Below are positions 55,242 to 64,000 of a DNA stretch of 64,000 nt, one piece after another. This stretch comes from Steroidobacteraceae bacterium. GTDB taxonomy: Bacteria > Pseudomonadota > Gammaproteobacteria > Steroidobacterales > Steroidobacteraceae. Within the stretch, counting starts at the first letter, position 1. The number at the start of each line of letters is the position of its first letter. Location of the stretch: NCBI GenBank assembly GCA_036401515.1, contig DASWUU010000155.1, forward strand, positions 8,769 to 72,768, in the 5' to 3' direction. The position numbers and the translations under genes were made by a program. Under the pieces are notes generated by a model, which worked only from the letters and a program-made list of their open reading frames with translations, was not told where the DNA came from and did not search any database.

Positions 55242-56576
55242 ATGATGAACGTCTCTGACACCGTCGCCACGATGCGCCGATCCTTGGATGACTCGCCCAT
55301 GATGGCCGGGCGAATCCTCATCGTAGCCTTGGTAGTGCTCATCGCCGGTCTTGATGGCTACGACGTGCAATCGATGTCTTTTGTCGCGCCGGTGGTCAGT
55401 AAAGCCTGGGGAGTTAACAAGGCTATGCTGGGAATTACCCTCGGTAGCAGCTTGTTCGGCATGGCCGCGGGCTCTTTGGGGCTCTCGCCACTCGCCGATG
55501 TGTTCGGACGCCGGCCGATAGTACTCGGCGGAATTTTTCTGATGACTTTGGGATCCCTCTTTTCGGCGCTCTCCCATACCGTTCGCGAGCTCGCGTCCAG
55601 CCGTGCCTTAACCGGTGTGGGGATCGGCGTACTGGTGCCGCTTACCACGGCGATGGCTGCGGAGTTTTCGAATGCGCGACGCCGGGGTCTGTCGGTGGCA
55701 GCGACCACGACCGGCTTCGCTTTCGGCGGCGTGAGCGGCGGGCTGATTGCCGCCGCACTGTTGAAGACCCAGGCCTGGGTTTGGGTGTTCTACGTCGGTG
55801 CCTCAGTGGGCGCAGTCTTATTCCTGCTGACGACGATTGCTCTTCCGGAATCTCCCGCCTACCTCAGCAAGCGCCAACCCGTGAACGCCTTGTCGCGCTT
55901 AAATCGCGTGCTGCAACGGTTGGGCCAGGCGCCCGTCGCGGCGTTGCCGCAGCCTGCGGGACGTCAACGCGTCTCGTATCGCGGATTGTTTACGCCCGGA
56001 GTCGCCGGCATGACCATCCGCTTCGCGGCGGTCTACATGCTGGTCGTGACCGCGGCCTACTATCTCCTCTCCTGGCTGCCGCAGCTGATAGCCGATGCGG
56101 GCTTCCCCGCTTCAACGGCCGCGATGGTATCGGCCATCACCGCCCTGGTCGGCGTGCCCGCGGGGCTCATCTTCGGTGCGCTGTCCGCACGCGTGGGCCC
56201 CTTGCGTCTCACCAGCATCGCCATGATCGGCTTCGGCGCAGCGATCGCTGGGATTGGCTTCGCACCGCCCAGCTTGCCCGCGTTGCTCACGGCCGCGTCG
56301 GCGTGCGGATTTTTCCTCGCCGCCACAACCGCTGTTTTTTACACCAGCATGACGGCATCCTATCCTCCGTTGGTGCGAGTCTCTGGGATGGGTCTGGTGA
56401 TGGGACTGGGCAGGTTGGCGAGCGGCCTCGGTCCAACCCTGGCCGGCGCCATGTTCGCAGCCGGTTTGACCCGAAGCGCGGTGTCGCTCAGCTTCGCAGC
56501 GCTGGCCTGCTTGGGTGGATTGATCCTCGCCTTCGGGATTCGCCGATCGCCGCAAGGCTTGGTGAAACCAGCTTAA
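55242..56576 (+). CDS. MFS transporter (aromatic-acid/H+ symporter-like)
   Basis: AAGGGG then ATG 55242. LDGYDVQSMSFVAPVV, LADVFGRRPIVLGG. 12-TM profile. Confidence 0.85.
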   Translation: MMNVSDTVATMRRSLDDSPMMAGRILIVALVVLIAGLDGYDVQSMSFVAPVVSKAWGVNKAMLGITLGSSLFGMAAGSLGLSPLADVFGRRPIVLGGIFLMTLGSLFSALSHTVRELASSRALTGVGIGVLVPLTTAMAAEFSNARRRGLSVAATTTGFAFGGVSGGLIAAALLKTQAWVWVFYVGASVGAVLFLLTTIALPESPAYLSKRQPVNALSRLNRVLQRLGQAPVAALPQPAGRQRVSYRGLFTPGVAGMTIRFAAVYMLVVTAAYYLLSWLPQLIADAGFPASTAAMVSAITALVGVPAGLIFGALSARVGPLRLTSIAMIGFGAAIAGIGFAPPSLPALLTAASACGFFLAATTAVFYTSMTASYPPLVRVSGMGLVMGLGRLASGLGPTLAGAMFAAGLTRSAVSLSFAALACLGGLILAFGIRRSPQGLVKPA

Positions 56577-56601
56577 AAACCTCGGACGCCGATCTTTCGC
56601 T

Positions 56602-57318
56602 TCAGGCACGTAGATGCAGGTCAAAGAACGCGCGGATGCGCCGTTTGGCATCCTGCGCCGAAGGGTCGTGATAGCCCACCCGCAAAATGGCCTTGATCGC
56701 GACCAACGCCCAAGGCAGTTTGTCGCGTGAATGATCATCGAGAAAGCCGTGACTGCTCGCCGGGTATTCTTTGACGTCGTGTACGATGTGATTGAGCGTG
56801 AGTGCGCGTTCAAGTTTTCTGGCGGCACCGCGTAACGTCGGATCACGACCGCCGAAACTGCCCACCACCGGGCAAGCGCCGGCAAAATACGTATGGGCAT
56901 CCTTCGGTACCTCGCCGTAATTCGGTGCCGCAGCGGCATAGTGACCACCCGGTGCCAGTAGCATTGCAATTGCACCGCCCATGCAAAAGCCCATGACGCC
57001 GATGCGCCCGGTGCAGTCCGCTTGGCCTTTGAGCCAGCACCTCGCCGCCTCGATGTCATCGAAGCTGCGCCCGCGGCGGGCCGCAATATCGCGCATCACG
57101 GCGCGTAAGCAGGTGAATTTTTTGTTCCAGTGAAGAAGATTGGGGGCGATGACGAAGTAGCCGCAGCTGGCCAGCCAGTCGGTATGTCGCCACAGATTCT
57201 CTCCCGCGCCGTAAGCATCATGAATCACGACCACCCCGGGCCACGGTCCTTCGCCCGCCGGTCGCGCGATATACGCGGGCATCTCGCCTGCAACTGTTGG
57301 AATGTGGATGTCCGTCAT
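56602..57318 (-). CDS. dienelactone hydrolase family protein
   Basis: PGVVVIHDAYG, nucleophile motif GVMGFCMGG, SSHGF. Confidence 0.85.
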   Translation of the reverse strand: MTDIHIPTVAGEMPAYIARPAGEGPWPGVVVIHDAYGAGENLWRHTDWLASCGYFVIAPNLLHWNKKFTCLRAVMRDIAARRGRSFDDIEAARCWLKGQADCTGRIGVMGFCMGGAIAMLLAPGGHYAAAAPNYGEVPKDAHTYFAGACPVVGSFGGRDPTLRGAARKLERALTLNHIVHDVKEYPASSHGFLDDHSRDKLPWALVAIKAILRVGYHDPSAQDAKRRIRAFFDLHLRA

Positions 57319-57352
57319 CGCATGGGGGTTGGTTCGCTTCAAGACATCTGCG

Positions 57353-58306
57353 CTACGGCCGTGTCAGTTCTTGGTAAGTGGTTTCGGTAAAGGTGGGAAA
57401 GAGCGCCGCTTCGGACGTCGGCGGCGGATCATTGAGTGCGGCTTTTACCTCCTCCAAGCTCTTGTGCTGCTCCACCAAGACCTTGATTTGCGCGCGCCGC
57501 GCCTCAGCGCTCTCGATCCGCGCGGCAATTTCATCTCTCGTTTGCGGCTCGCCATGTCCTGAGATAAAGGTGTCGGCATCCAGGGTCAGCATCGCCTTGG
57601 TGGACGCGATCCAACCCAGCGAGGAGCCGTGCTTGTTCAAATGGATACCGGGATAGGGCCCCACGCTCGGCGTCCACAGGTCGCCGGCAAAAACGATCTT
57701 TTGGGCCGGAAGATACACGATGAGATCGCCGTCGGTATGCGCCGGTGCGCTGTGCAAGAGAATCACGCGCACGCCATCCAGATTCAAAGTGGCTTCGCTC
57801 GTGACCAATCGCGACGGCAGATAGTCCTTGAGCGCTTGGGATGCGACGGCGAATGGCGAGTGAGGATCAGCGATCGCCTCCAACATGTCTTTTTTGGTGT
57901 TCTCCTGCGCGATGATCTCAAGCCCGCGCGGGTAGGCCGGCAGCCCATTGACGTGATCCGGATCGCTGTGAGTCAGGATGATTTCGTTGACGGGATAAGG
58001 CGTGATCTTGGCGATTTCCGCTAACACTTTTTCGGCGATCGGCACGAACATCTGTGCATCGATAACAATCACGCCCGTGTCGCCGACGATGAAACCGGTA
58101 TTGCTGACCCCGCCGGAAACCCAGTAAACGCCCCCACGCAACGGCTGGACCAAGATCGGGTGGTTGGCGAGCGCTCGCAGCATGGCGGCGCGGTCCGGTG
58201 GCGGATCCGCGAAGACCGGCGCAACTAAGACGAGCGCGAGCGAAATGATGAATAAGGTTTTTTTCGTGGGGCTCCCCGTGTAATCGAATATGCTAATGCA
58301 AGCCAA
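57353..58306 (-). CDS. MBL-fold metallo-hydrolase, secreted
   Basis: Signal-like FIISLALVLVAPVFA. Motif ILTHSDPDHVNG (HxDxDH in place of HxHxDH). HTDGD, SGHG. Confidence 0.75.
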   Translation of the reverse strand: MACISIFDYTGSPTKKTLFIISLALVLVAPVFADPPPDRAAMLRALANHPILVQPLRGGVYWVSGGVSNTGFIVGDTGVIVIDAQMFVPIAEKVLAEIAKITPYPVNEIILTHSDPDHVNGLPAYPRGLEIIAQENTKKDMLEAIADPHSPFAVASQALKDYLPSRLVTSEATLNLDGVRVILLHSAPAHTDGDLIVYLPAQKIVFAGDLWTPSVGPYPGIHLNKHGSSLGWIASTKAMLTLDADTFISGHGEPQTRDEIAARIESAEARRAQIKVLVEQHKSLEEVKAALNDPPPTSEAALFPTFTETTYQELTRP

Positions 58307-58377
58307 AACGATCGACTAGAGCTAGGTTTGTTCGCAGCGTTCGAAAATTTGCATCACTCAGGGTGCGCTCGTACTTG

Positions 58378-59388
58378 TCAACGCTTTGCCGAAGCGCCGC
58401 GGCGCGTGGCGCCTTCTTGCGCCAAAGTCCGTGAAGCCGCCTTTTTCTTGAGTGCGGCGGCCCGCCCCAGAAGCGGATCTTGCGTCTCGGCAGGGTAAAT
58501 GTTGGCGCTCGCGCGGCGCGCCAGATCGCAAAAGTACTCAGCGGCAGGCGTCATCGGAATATCCGTGCGCCGCAAGATGGAAATGGAGGGCGCGGGAAGT
58601 TTTTCGATCACATTGATTTTCTGCAACGCGTCGCGCGTGAAGGGAAACTCGGTCCATTGCCGCGGCAGCATAATCAAAAGATCGGAATAGGCAACCGAAA
58701 CAAACACCGTCAATGTCGATTGCGCCTGAACCGCGACGAGCGGCGGCGGCAGCCCATACTTCTCGAACATGGGCGCCAGTTCGTTCTCCGCCTTGTCGGT
58801 GATCGAGGTCGTGACCCATTTGGCGTTGACCAAATCGCGCAACGAGCGCGCACCAGCCAGCGGATGGCCGCGCCTGGCGAGGATGAAGCGAGTGTTATCG
58901 AATAATTTCTCCGATTGCAGACCATCCATCACCAACAATTCCGGAAGGGGACCGACGTAGAAATCGAGAACGCCGTCGCGCAGTTCCATCTCCACGTTGC
59001 GAAACGTGGTATCCCGGATTTTTAGCTGCAGGTCGGGATAACGGGCGCGAAACAGAGGCAGCACCGTCGGCAAGATGACGAAATGCGGAACGTTGGACAG
59101 GGCGATATTAATGGACCCTTGAGTACCTCCCTGGAGTTGGTGCATCTCCTCGCGCGCCCGGCGCATCTCCGCGCGTATCGTATGCGCGCGCCGCACGAAG
59201 CGTTCGCCCAAGCCCGTCAGTTTGGTTCCCTTGGCACCGCGTTCGAACAGCAGCGCGCCTAGTTCCTTTTCCAGTTCGCGGATGCTGCGCGTCAATGCGG
59301 ATTGCGCAACGCCCAATCCGCGGGCCGCTGCGCGGACGCTGCCGCGCTCGGTAACTGCCAAAACATCCCGCAGGTGATTCAGTTTCAT
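58378..59388 (-). CDS. LysR-family transcriptional regulator
   Basis: MKLNHLRDVLAVTERGSVRAAARGLGVAQSALTRSIRELEKELGALLFER. It is a paralog of 48398-49348. Confidence 0.9.
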   Translation of the reverse strand: MKLNHLRDVLAVTERGSVRAAARGLGVAQSALTRSIRELEKELGALLFERGAKGTKLTGLGERFVRRAHTIRAEMRRAREEMHQLQGGTQGSINIALSNVPHFVILPTVLPLFRARYPDLQLKIRDTTFRNVEMELRDGVLDFYVGPLPELLVMDGLQSEKLFDNTRFILARRGHPLAGARSLRDLVNAKWVTTSITDKAENELAPMFEKYGLPPPLVAVQAQSTLTVFVSVAYSDLLIMLPRQWTEFPFTRDALQKINVIEKLPAPSISILRRTDIPMTPAAEYFCDLARRASANIYPAETQDPLLGRAAALKKKAASRTLAQEGATRRGASAKR

Positions 59389-59490
59389 GCCGATGCCGTG
59401 TTTAGATCACATCAGCCTAGTCCCTTTCATGACCAAGTGAAACTGGTCGGCTGCCGTTCCGGTCTTGCCGTCGCGAAACCACTATTCTGG

Positions 59491-60108
59491 TTAATCCGCG
59501 ATCCAGCTCAGATCTAATGAAGCCGAAGGATCGCCGGCCAACCAGCGCTGGCCGTGCGCTTGCAATGTCTCGATCTGCGGCCCGCGGGTGCCAGGCAGGC
59601 TTTTGTTCACCTTGAAACCGATCTGTGACTGCAGATACCCCAGGTGCCGATAGCCCTCGGGAAAAGATGCCAACAAATTCGGGTCCAGTTCCACTCTGGC
59701 CGACGGACTCACCGTCGACATGCGATCCATTTCATAGATCGGCTGCCGCAGCAAAAGGCGCCAGTGACCGTTGCGTTTCTCCAATGCGTCCCAGAAGCGT
59801 CCACTGCAAATCACTTCCACGGGCACTTCATGCACCTGCGCGCGTTGGATGATTTGCATTTTCGTTTGCGCAATCGCGCGTGAATCCTGAACCTCGATAC
59901 TGCTGCCGCCCAAAAAGTGATATGCCGTTGAGCCCTGGTCCCAGGCGGCCCTTGCTCGCGCGATGAAATCCGTGGCGCTCGCCTGAAACCACGTCGCAAT
60001 CATGCGCCCTTCGGGGTGCCACAGCGTCGCAAAGCGATCCCAATCGCCCGAGTCGCGCCAGATGACCCAGTTGTCGAGCAGCTGGCGTATTTCCTCCTGA
60101 TCGCTCAT
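59491..60108 (-). CDS. NTF2-like (SnoaL_4-type) protein
   Basis: Start at MSDQEEIRQLLDNWVIWRDSGDWDRF...; 205 aa. It is the intact counterpart of the relic at 50527-50983. Confidence 0.7.
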   Translation of the reverse strand: MSDQEEIRQLLDNWVIWRDSGDWDRFATLWHPEGRMIATWFQASATDFIARARAAWDQGSTAYHFLGGSSIEVQDSRAIAQTKMQIIQRAQVHEVPVEVICSGRFWDALEKRNGHWRLLLRQPIYEMDRMSTVSPSARVELDPNLLASFPEGYRHLGYLQSQIGFKVNKSLPGTRGPQIETLQAHGQRWLAGDPSASLDLSWIAD

Positions 60109-60255
60109 GGATGACTTGACCCTCGTGCTGCTGAGAGAGGGAGACAGCAGGCTTCCCCCGATCTGTGGTCGGCGTTTAAATATCGAGCCCTCGCCCGCGA
60201 AAGGCCTACAGAAGATATCGGCGGAGAGCAAGTCGGCTTCATACTTAAACCCCGG

Positions 60256-62463
60256 TCAGAAATTAGCCGTCAGAGTTACGCCGTAGGTTCGCGGCGGCTC
60301 AATCTCATAGAGGTGGAAGGTCTGTCCCTCCCCGTAAACGTTGACGGGAGAATTTTCGAGATTCTTGCCCCACAGCCGCACCACGAATTTGTCGTGCGGC
60401 CAGTGATACGCCAGGCTCGTATCGGTCATGGTGTACGCGTTCTGAGTATCGGGCGGGTCGTTCGAGCCAATGACAACCAGGTATTTGCTGGAGATCTTGC
60501 TGTTTGCCGACGCTGTAATGCTCGCACCTGAATTCAAGCGCCAGGTGTGTTCGTAGCTGACCAGGCCGGTCCAATCCGGATCGTTGGTCAAAGGCTTACC
60601 AGAAGTCACATGGATGGTGGAAGAAGGGCCGAACGGCGGTGTGAAGGTGTCCAAGGAAATAGTGCCGAACCTTGCATGCGTCCAGCCGACCGATGCCGAA
60701 ACCCTGTCGTTTGAAGTCAATGCGAACACCGAGCTTAACTCCACGCCATAGGAGGTCGCTGTGGCGGCGTTCTGAATATTGAGGGCCTCATGCCCGCTCG
60801 GGCCGCCCTGAATGAGGGAGGGATACAAGTACTGATAGTTCTTGAAATCGTAATAATAGAGGTCGCCGTTCAGTTGCAGGCGCTGACTCAAGAAGCGGTT
60901 CTTCGAACCTATTTCATAGGCAGTAATCGTTTCCGGTTCGAACACCGACGGCGTGACGTTTCGCGGCAAGGGCACGGAGGCGTTACCGCCGTTAGCGCCG
61001 CCGGACACATAGCCCGTCGAGACATCAGCGTACAGCATCTTGTCGGATGCTAGATCGTATTCGACGCCACCCTTGTAAATTACTTTGTCGCCGGAATAAC
61101 TGCTGGTCCCGGTGATGGGCGGCGCCAAATGGGTAAAGGTCGGCGGCGCGTAGCTCTCGAAGCCATAATCGATTTCTTTGAAATCATTGATGTAGCGCAA
61201 GCCCGCGGTGATGCGCAAGCGATCGGTCACGCCATACGTCGTCTGCGCATACGCGGCCTGCGATGACTGCGGAATCTTGTTGAAAGTAAAGGTGCCCGTT
61301 GGGGGAAAATTCGAGCCCGGCACCTGCACGCCGGAATAATAGTCGCCCGTGCTGTCGAAGAAGTATGCTCCTACCTGCCAAGCAAAACCGCCCTGCTGAC
61401 CGGCGCTATCTCGGCCTGCGAGACGAATCTCCTCGGAGTAATCTAGATTGTCGATCTTCACGGTGTTGAGAAATGCCGAGCCGTTCGGCGAGTTGTACAA
61501 CCTTTCGTGCGTCCCGACAAAGCCGGTGATCGAGGTGAGGGTCGCCCAACTAAATTGATAGTCCACCTGCAGCAAATCGCTGGCGACAAAGCTGCCTTCG
61601 CTCCCCGTCAACGGGGCGGTGCCGCTGCGCAGTCCCCGAGGAGGGCAGGCGGTCGGCACCACCAACGACCAGGCCACCGACCCGTCACAGGGGTAGGAGC
61701 CGGTAAAAGAGCCGTGACCGCCAATCCTCGTGTAGTTCGTCTCGAAGTACACGCTGAGAGCGCCGGGGGTCCAGAGTGCGGAAAGCCTGCCGGAATCATT
61801 GTTGATGTCGTCGTAGTAACCGCTGATGTAGCCCTTGCGCCGGTCGCGATCGCCGGCAATGCGGAGGGCGAAATCATCGGTGATGGGTAGGTTCAATACT
61901 GCGGTGAAGTAATTCGCACCGAGATTCCCGCCCGAGGCACTGAAACTGCCGCCAAATTCTCGCGTGGGCCGATTGGTAACGATGTTGATCGCGCCGGCCG
62001 CGCTATTGCGGCCGTAAAGAGTGCCCTGTGGCCCTTCCAGAACTTCCACTCGGGACACATCCAGAAAGCCAAAGCCTATCGGCAACGGCCGCGCGTAGAA
62101 CAAACCATTGATGCTCGCAGCAACCACCGGATCGGCGCGCGGATCGATGAACGACGATCCAATCCCGCGGATATAGAACTGCGTTGCGGTGCCGATGGGC
62201 ACAATCTGCGTGCCGGTGAGGACGCTGTTCAGATCGGTGATTTCGACGATGTTCTGCCGTTGCAAGGTATCGCTGCTCACCACCTCGATGTTGGCGGGAG
62301 TGCGCTGCGCGGTTGACTGGACCTTTTCAGCGGTCACAATGATTTCCTCGAGCTGATCGCCGCGCGAAGCGCTTTGTGCCCAGGCGCTGCCTTGCGCGAC
62401 GAGCGCAGCGCTCAAAACTAAATATTTATAGTGTGCCTGCGCACAGAAACCCAGGTTTTGCAC
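60256..62463 (-). CDS. TonB-dependent receptor
   Basis: Signal ...LVLSAALVAQGSAWA. QLEEIIVTAEK, VEVLEGPQGTLYGRNSAAGAINIV. The barrel ends ...RTYGVTLTANF. Confidence 0.9.
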   Translation of the reverse strand: MQNLGFCAQAHYKYLVLSAALVAQGSAWAQSASRGDQLEEIIVTAEKVQSTAQRTPANIEVVSSDTLQRQNIVEITDLNSVLTGTQIVPIGTATQFYIRGIGSSFIDPRADPVVAASINGLFYARPLPIGFGFLDVSRVEVLEGPQGTLYGRNSAAGAINIVTNRPTREFGGSFSASGGNLGANYFTAVLNLPITDDFALRIAGDRDRRKGYISGYYDDINNDSGRLSALWTPGALSVYFETNYTRIGGHGSFTGSYPCDGSVAWSLVVPTACPPRGLRSGTAPLTGSEGSFVASDLLQVDYQFSWATLTSITGFVGTHERLYNSPNGSAFLNTVKIDNLDYSEEIRLAGRDSAGQQGGFAWQVGAYFFDSTGDYYSGVQVPGSNFPPTGTFTFNKIPQSSQAAYAQTTYGVTDRLRITAGLRYINDFKEIDYGFESYAPPTFTHLAPPITGTSSYSGDKVIYKGGVEYDLASDKMLYADVSTGYVSGGANGGNASVPLPRNVTPSVFEPETITAYEIGSKNRFLSQRLQLNGDLYYYDFKNYQYLYPSLIQGGPSGHEALNIQNAATATSYGVELSSVFALTSNDRVSASVGWTHARFGTISLDTFTPPFGPSSTIHVTSGKPLTNDPDWTGLVSYEHTWRLNSGASITASANSKISSKYLVVIGSNDPPDTQNAYTMTDTSLAYHWPHDKFVVRLWGKNLENSPVNVYGEGQTFHLYEIEPPRTYGVTLTANF

Positions 62464-62578
62464 TTTCTTTCCCCCGTTGCGGACGTTCTATGGTCGCGAT
62501 TGCGGTATGAGAAGTCCGATTACTGACGTGAGCGTTGACCAGCAACCTGCACCTCGACCGATTTGTTGTTCTCGTCAA

Positions 62579-62619
62579 ATGCCAACCGCCGGTCGCATGT
62601 TAAGGCCATGGGTTGGCAT
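62579..62619. promoter_or_regulatory. perfect 9-bp inverted repeat (ATGCCAACC-N23-GGTTGGCAT) in the divergent receptor/monooxygenase intergenic region
   Basis: Read directly: 62579-62587 and 62611-62619. It is a candidate operator or RNA hairpin, and no more than that. Confidence 0.25.
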
Positions 62620-62862
62620 GCGGCAGTCCACAGATACTTCTGAGTGATCTAAAAACAGCATCGCGTGGCGGCAGTTGCTTTACACCTCGCTGGTTAAGAC
62701 GTGAGACAAAAACAGTGTCACTGGGGGTAATTTGTTATCTAGGCAGACAGCTCAAGCACTGCCACACTGAATTAGAGCCACCAATGCAGGCAACGGCTCC
62801 TTCGGGGAATGGGGCCACCGTTGAGCGTCAACGACAAGTATATAAAGGACGGAAATACTTAA

Positions 62863-64000
62863 GTGGAACATACCGAAGATTATGACGTCGTCGTAGTCGG
62901 GGCCGGCCCCGTTGGGCTCGCTCTAGCGATCGAGTTGGGAAGTCGGGGAGTAAGCTGCCTGATCGTGGAGCGCAACGATCGGGTGGGGTACGCGCCGCGA
63001 GCGAAGACAACCAATGTGCGCACGCGTACGCACTTGCGCCGATGGGGCATCGCCGAGCAGTTGGCCGCAGCCTCGCCGTTCGGCATCGATTACCCCTCCA
63101 ACGTCGTTTTTACGACACGCATTTCCGGCGTCGAGCTTGCTCGCTTCACTGATGCATTCAATACCGCGCCCACCCGCAGCCCTCTCTACCCTGAACATGC
63201 GCAGTGGATTCCGCAATACAAGCTCGAGGAGGTGTTGCGCGCGCATGCGGCGAGCCTGCCGTCTGTGACCATTAGCTTCAATACGGAGTTCGAGTCCTTC
63301 GCACAGGATTACGAGCACGTGATCGCGTGCTTTCACGATACCAGCAACTCAGCCTCGTTCACCGCTCGCGCTCGATATTTGGTCGGTGCCGATGGCGCGC
63401 GCAGCAAGACGCGCGAGCTCATTGGCGCGACGATGTCCGGCAAGCATGGCTTGTCGTTCAACTACAACGTCATCTTCCGAGCACCAGGCCTTGCCCAGGC
63501 CCATCGCCACGGACCGGCGATTTTCTACTGGCAGGTCAACGCGGATGCGCCGAGTGCGCTCGGACCCATGGACCGTGACGATATCTGGTTCATCGGTTTG
63601 GTGGGCCTGCCTCGCGACATCAATCTCACGCCCGAGCAGGCTCGGGCCCATATCGTGAAAGCCACCGGCATCGATTTACCGTACGAGATCTTGAGTTCCG
63701 ATCAGTGGACCGCCAGCCGGCTGATCGCGAACAAATATCGACAGGGACGCGTATTTCTTGCGGGCGATGCCTGCCATCTCCATCCGCCTTACGGCGGTTA
63801 TGGCATGAACATGGGTATCGGGGATGGCGCCGATCTCGGTTGGAAACTGGCCGCCGTATTACAAGGGTGGGGCGGCGAGCCGCTGCTCGATAGTTATGAG
63901 GAAGAACGCAAGCCTGTGCACCTGTGGATAATGGATGAGGCAGAAGCCAACCATGCGGTGCTCGGGAAACAGCTGTTCCAACCGGGCGTCGAGGATGAGG
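62863..64000 (+). CDS. PheA/TfdB-type FAD-dependent aromatic monooxygenase (paralog 3, 3' end outside the window)
   Basis: AAGGA then GTG 62863. This frame is not in the ORF track because it has no early ATG. My translation gives EDYDVVVVGAGPVGLALAIELG, RAKTTNVRTRTHLRRWGIA, GADGARSKTRE, GDACHLHPPYGGYGMNMGIGDGADLGWKLAAVLQGWGG. The frame is open to the window end. Confidence 0.85.
   Translation, partial: MEHTEDYDVVVVGAGPVGLALAIELGSRGVSCLIVERNDRVGYAPRAKTTNVRTRTHLRRWGIAEQLAAASPFGIDYPSNVVFTTRISGVELARFTDAFNTAPTRSPLYPEHAQWIPQYKLEEVLRAHAASLPSVTISFNTEFESFAQDYEHVIACFHDTSNSASFTARARYLVGADGARSKTRELIGATMSGKHGLSFNYNVIFRAPGLAQAHRHGPAIFYWQVNADAPSALGPMDRDDIWFIGLVGLPRDINLTPEQARAHIVKATGIDLPYEILSSDQWTASRLIANKYRQGRVFLAGDACHLHPPYGGYGMNMGIGDGADLGWKLAAVLQGWGGEPLLDSYEEERKPVHLWIMDEAEANHAVLGKQLFQPGVEDE

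Noticed and set aside
1-64000. CRISPR arrays, rRNA or tRNA genes, long tandem repeats, prophage or defence-system gene sets.
   Set aside because: Reading through both strands showed no regularly spaced direct repeats, no rRNA- or tRNA-like segments, and no ORFs with nuclease, helicase, reverse-transcriptase or cyclase signatures typical of defence systems.

Overview
GC-rich accessory DNA of Gram-negative type (two TonB-dependent receptors, Sec/Tat signal peptides, LysR/MarR regulators). I found no rRNA, tRNA, CRISPR array or long tandem repeat. All family calls come from motif recognition by eye on the supplied translations and on my own re-translation of both strands. No database search was run.

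The window falls into three parts.

(1) 0.9-20.6 kb mixes intact small exported or membrane proteins (BON, pirin, MarR, SRPBCC, a Tat-exported carotenoid-oxygenase-family enzyme, PsiE-like, Ca2+/H+ antiporter, a DUF2845/DUF3313/DUF2845/surface-antigen-like cluster, MAPEG) with an unusually dense run of gene relics. The relics include an HXXEE membrane protein, an SH3 protein, a beta-carbonic anhydrase, two hydrolases and an RND adaptor. The 5' relic of IS21-type istA (8.1-8.65 kb) and the 3' relic of istB (1.5-2.25 kb) lie colinear on the minus strand, separated by 5.8 kb of intact genes.

(2) 20.6-27.5 kb is mobile-element debris: PAS and kinase fragments, the N-terminal half of a Tn3-family transposase, a DUF2726 stub, a 5'-truncated IS1182-type transposase fused in frame to a GFA-family relic, and a MarR relic. 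It also holds one intact, visibly AT-richer NHL-repeat gene.

(3) 27.5-64 kb holds three related aromatic-type catabolic modules built around paralogous PheA/TfdB-type FAD monooxygenases.
- Module A is a TonB-receptor-led, translationally coupled operon: periplasmic amidohydrolase, two alpha/beta hydrolases, and a monooxygenase carrying a C-terminal NTF2/DUF4440-like domain.
- Module B is a plus-strand row: VOC, amidohydrolase_2, Fe-ADH, ALDH, MFS, monooxygenase, then an orphan aceE-type E1 gene. It is followed by LysR, an extradiol dioxygenase, an NTF2-like relic and a long GST.
- Module C contains SDR, a UbiH-type monooxygenase, MFS, dienelactone hydrolase, an MBL-fold hydrolase, LysR, an NTF2-like protein and a TonB receptor, divergent from the third monooxygenase, which runs off the window.

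No recognisable defence, toxin or secretion system is present. The best candidates for undescribed biology are the module A operon with its fused monooxygenase, the recurring receptor/NTF2-like/monooxygenase association, the orphan E1 gene inside a catabolic row, and the DUF2845-DUF3313 exported-protein cluster.
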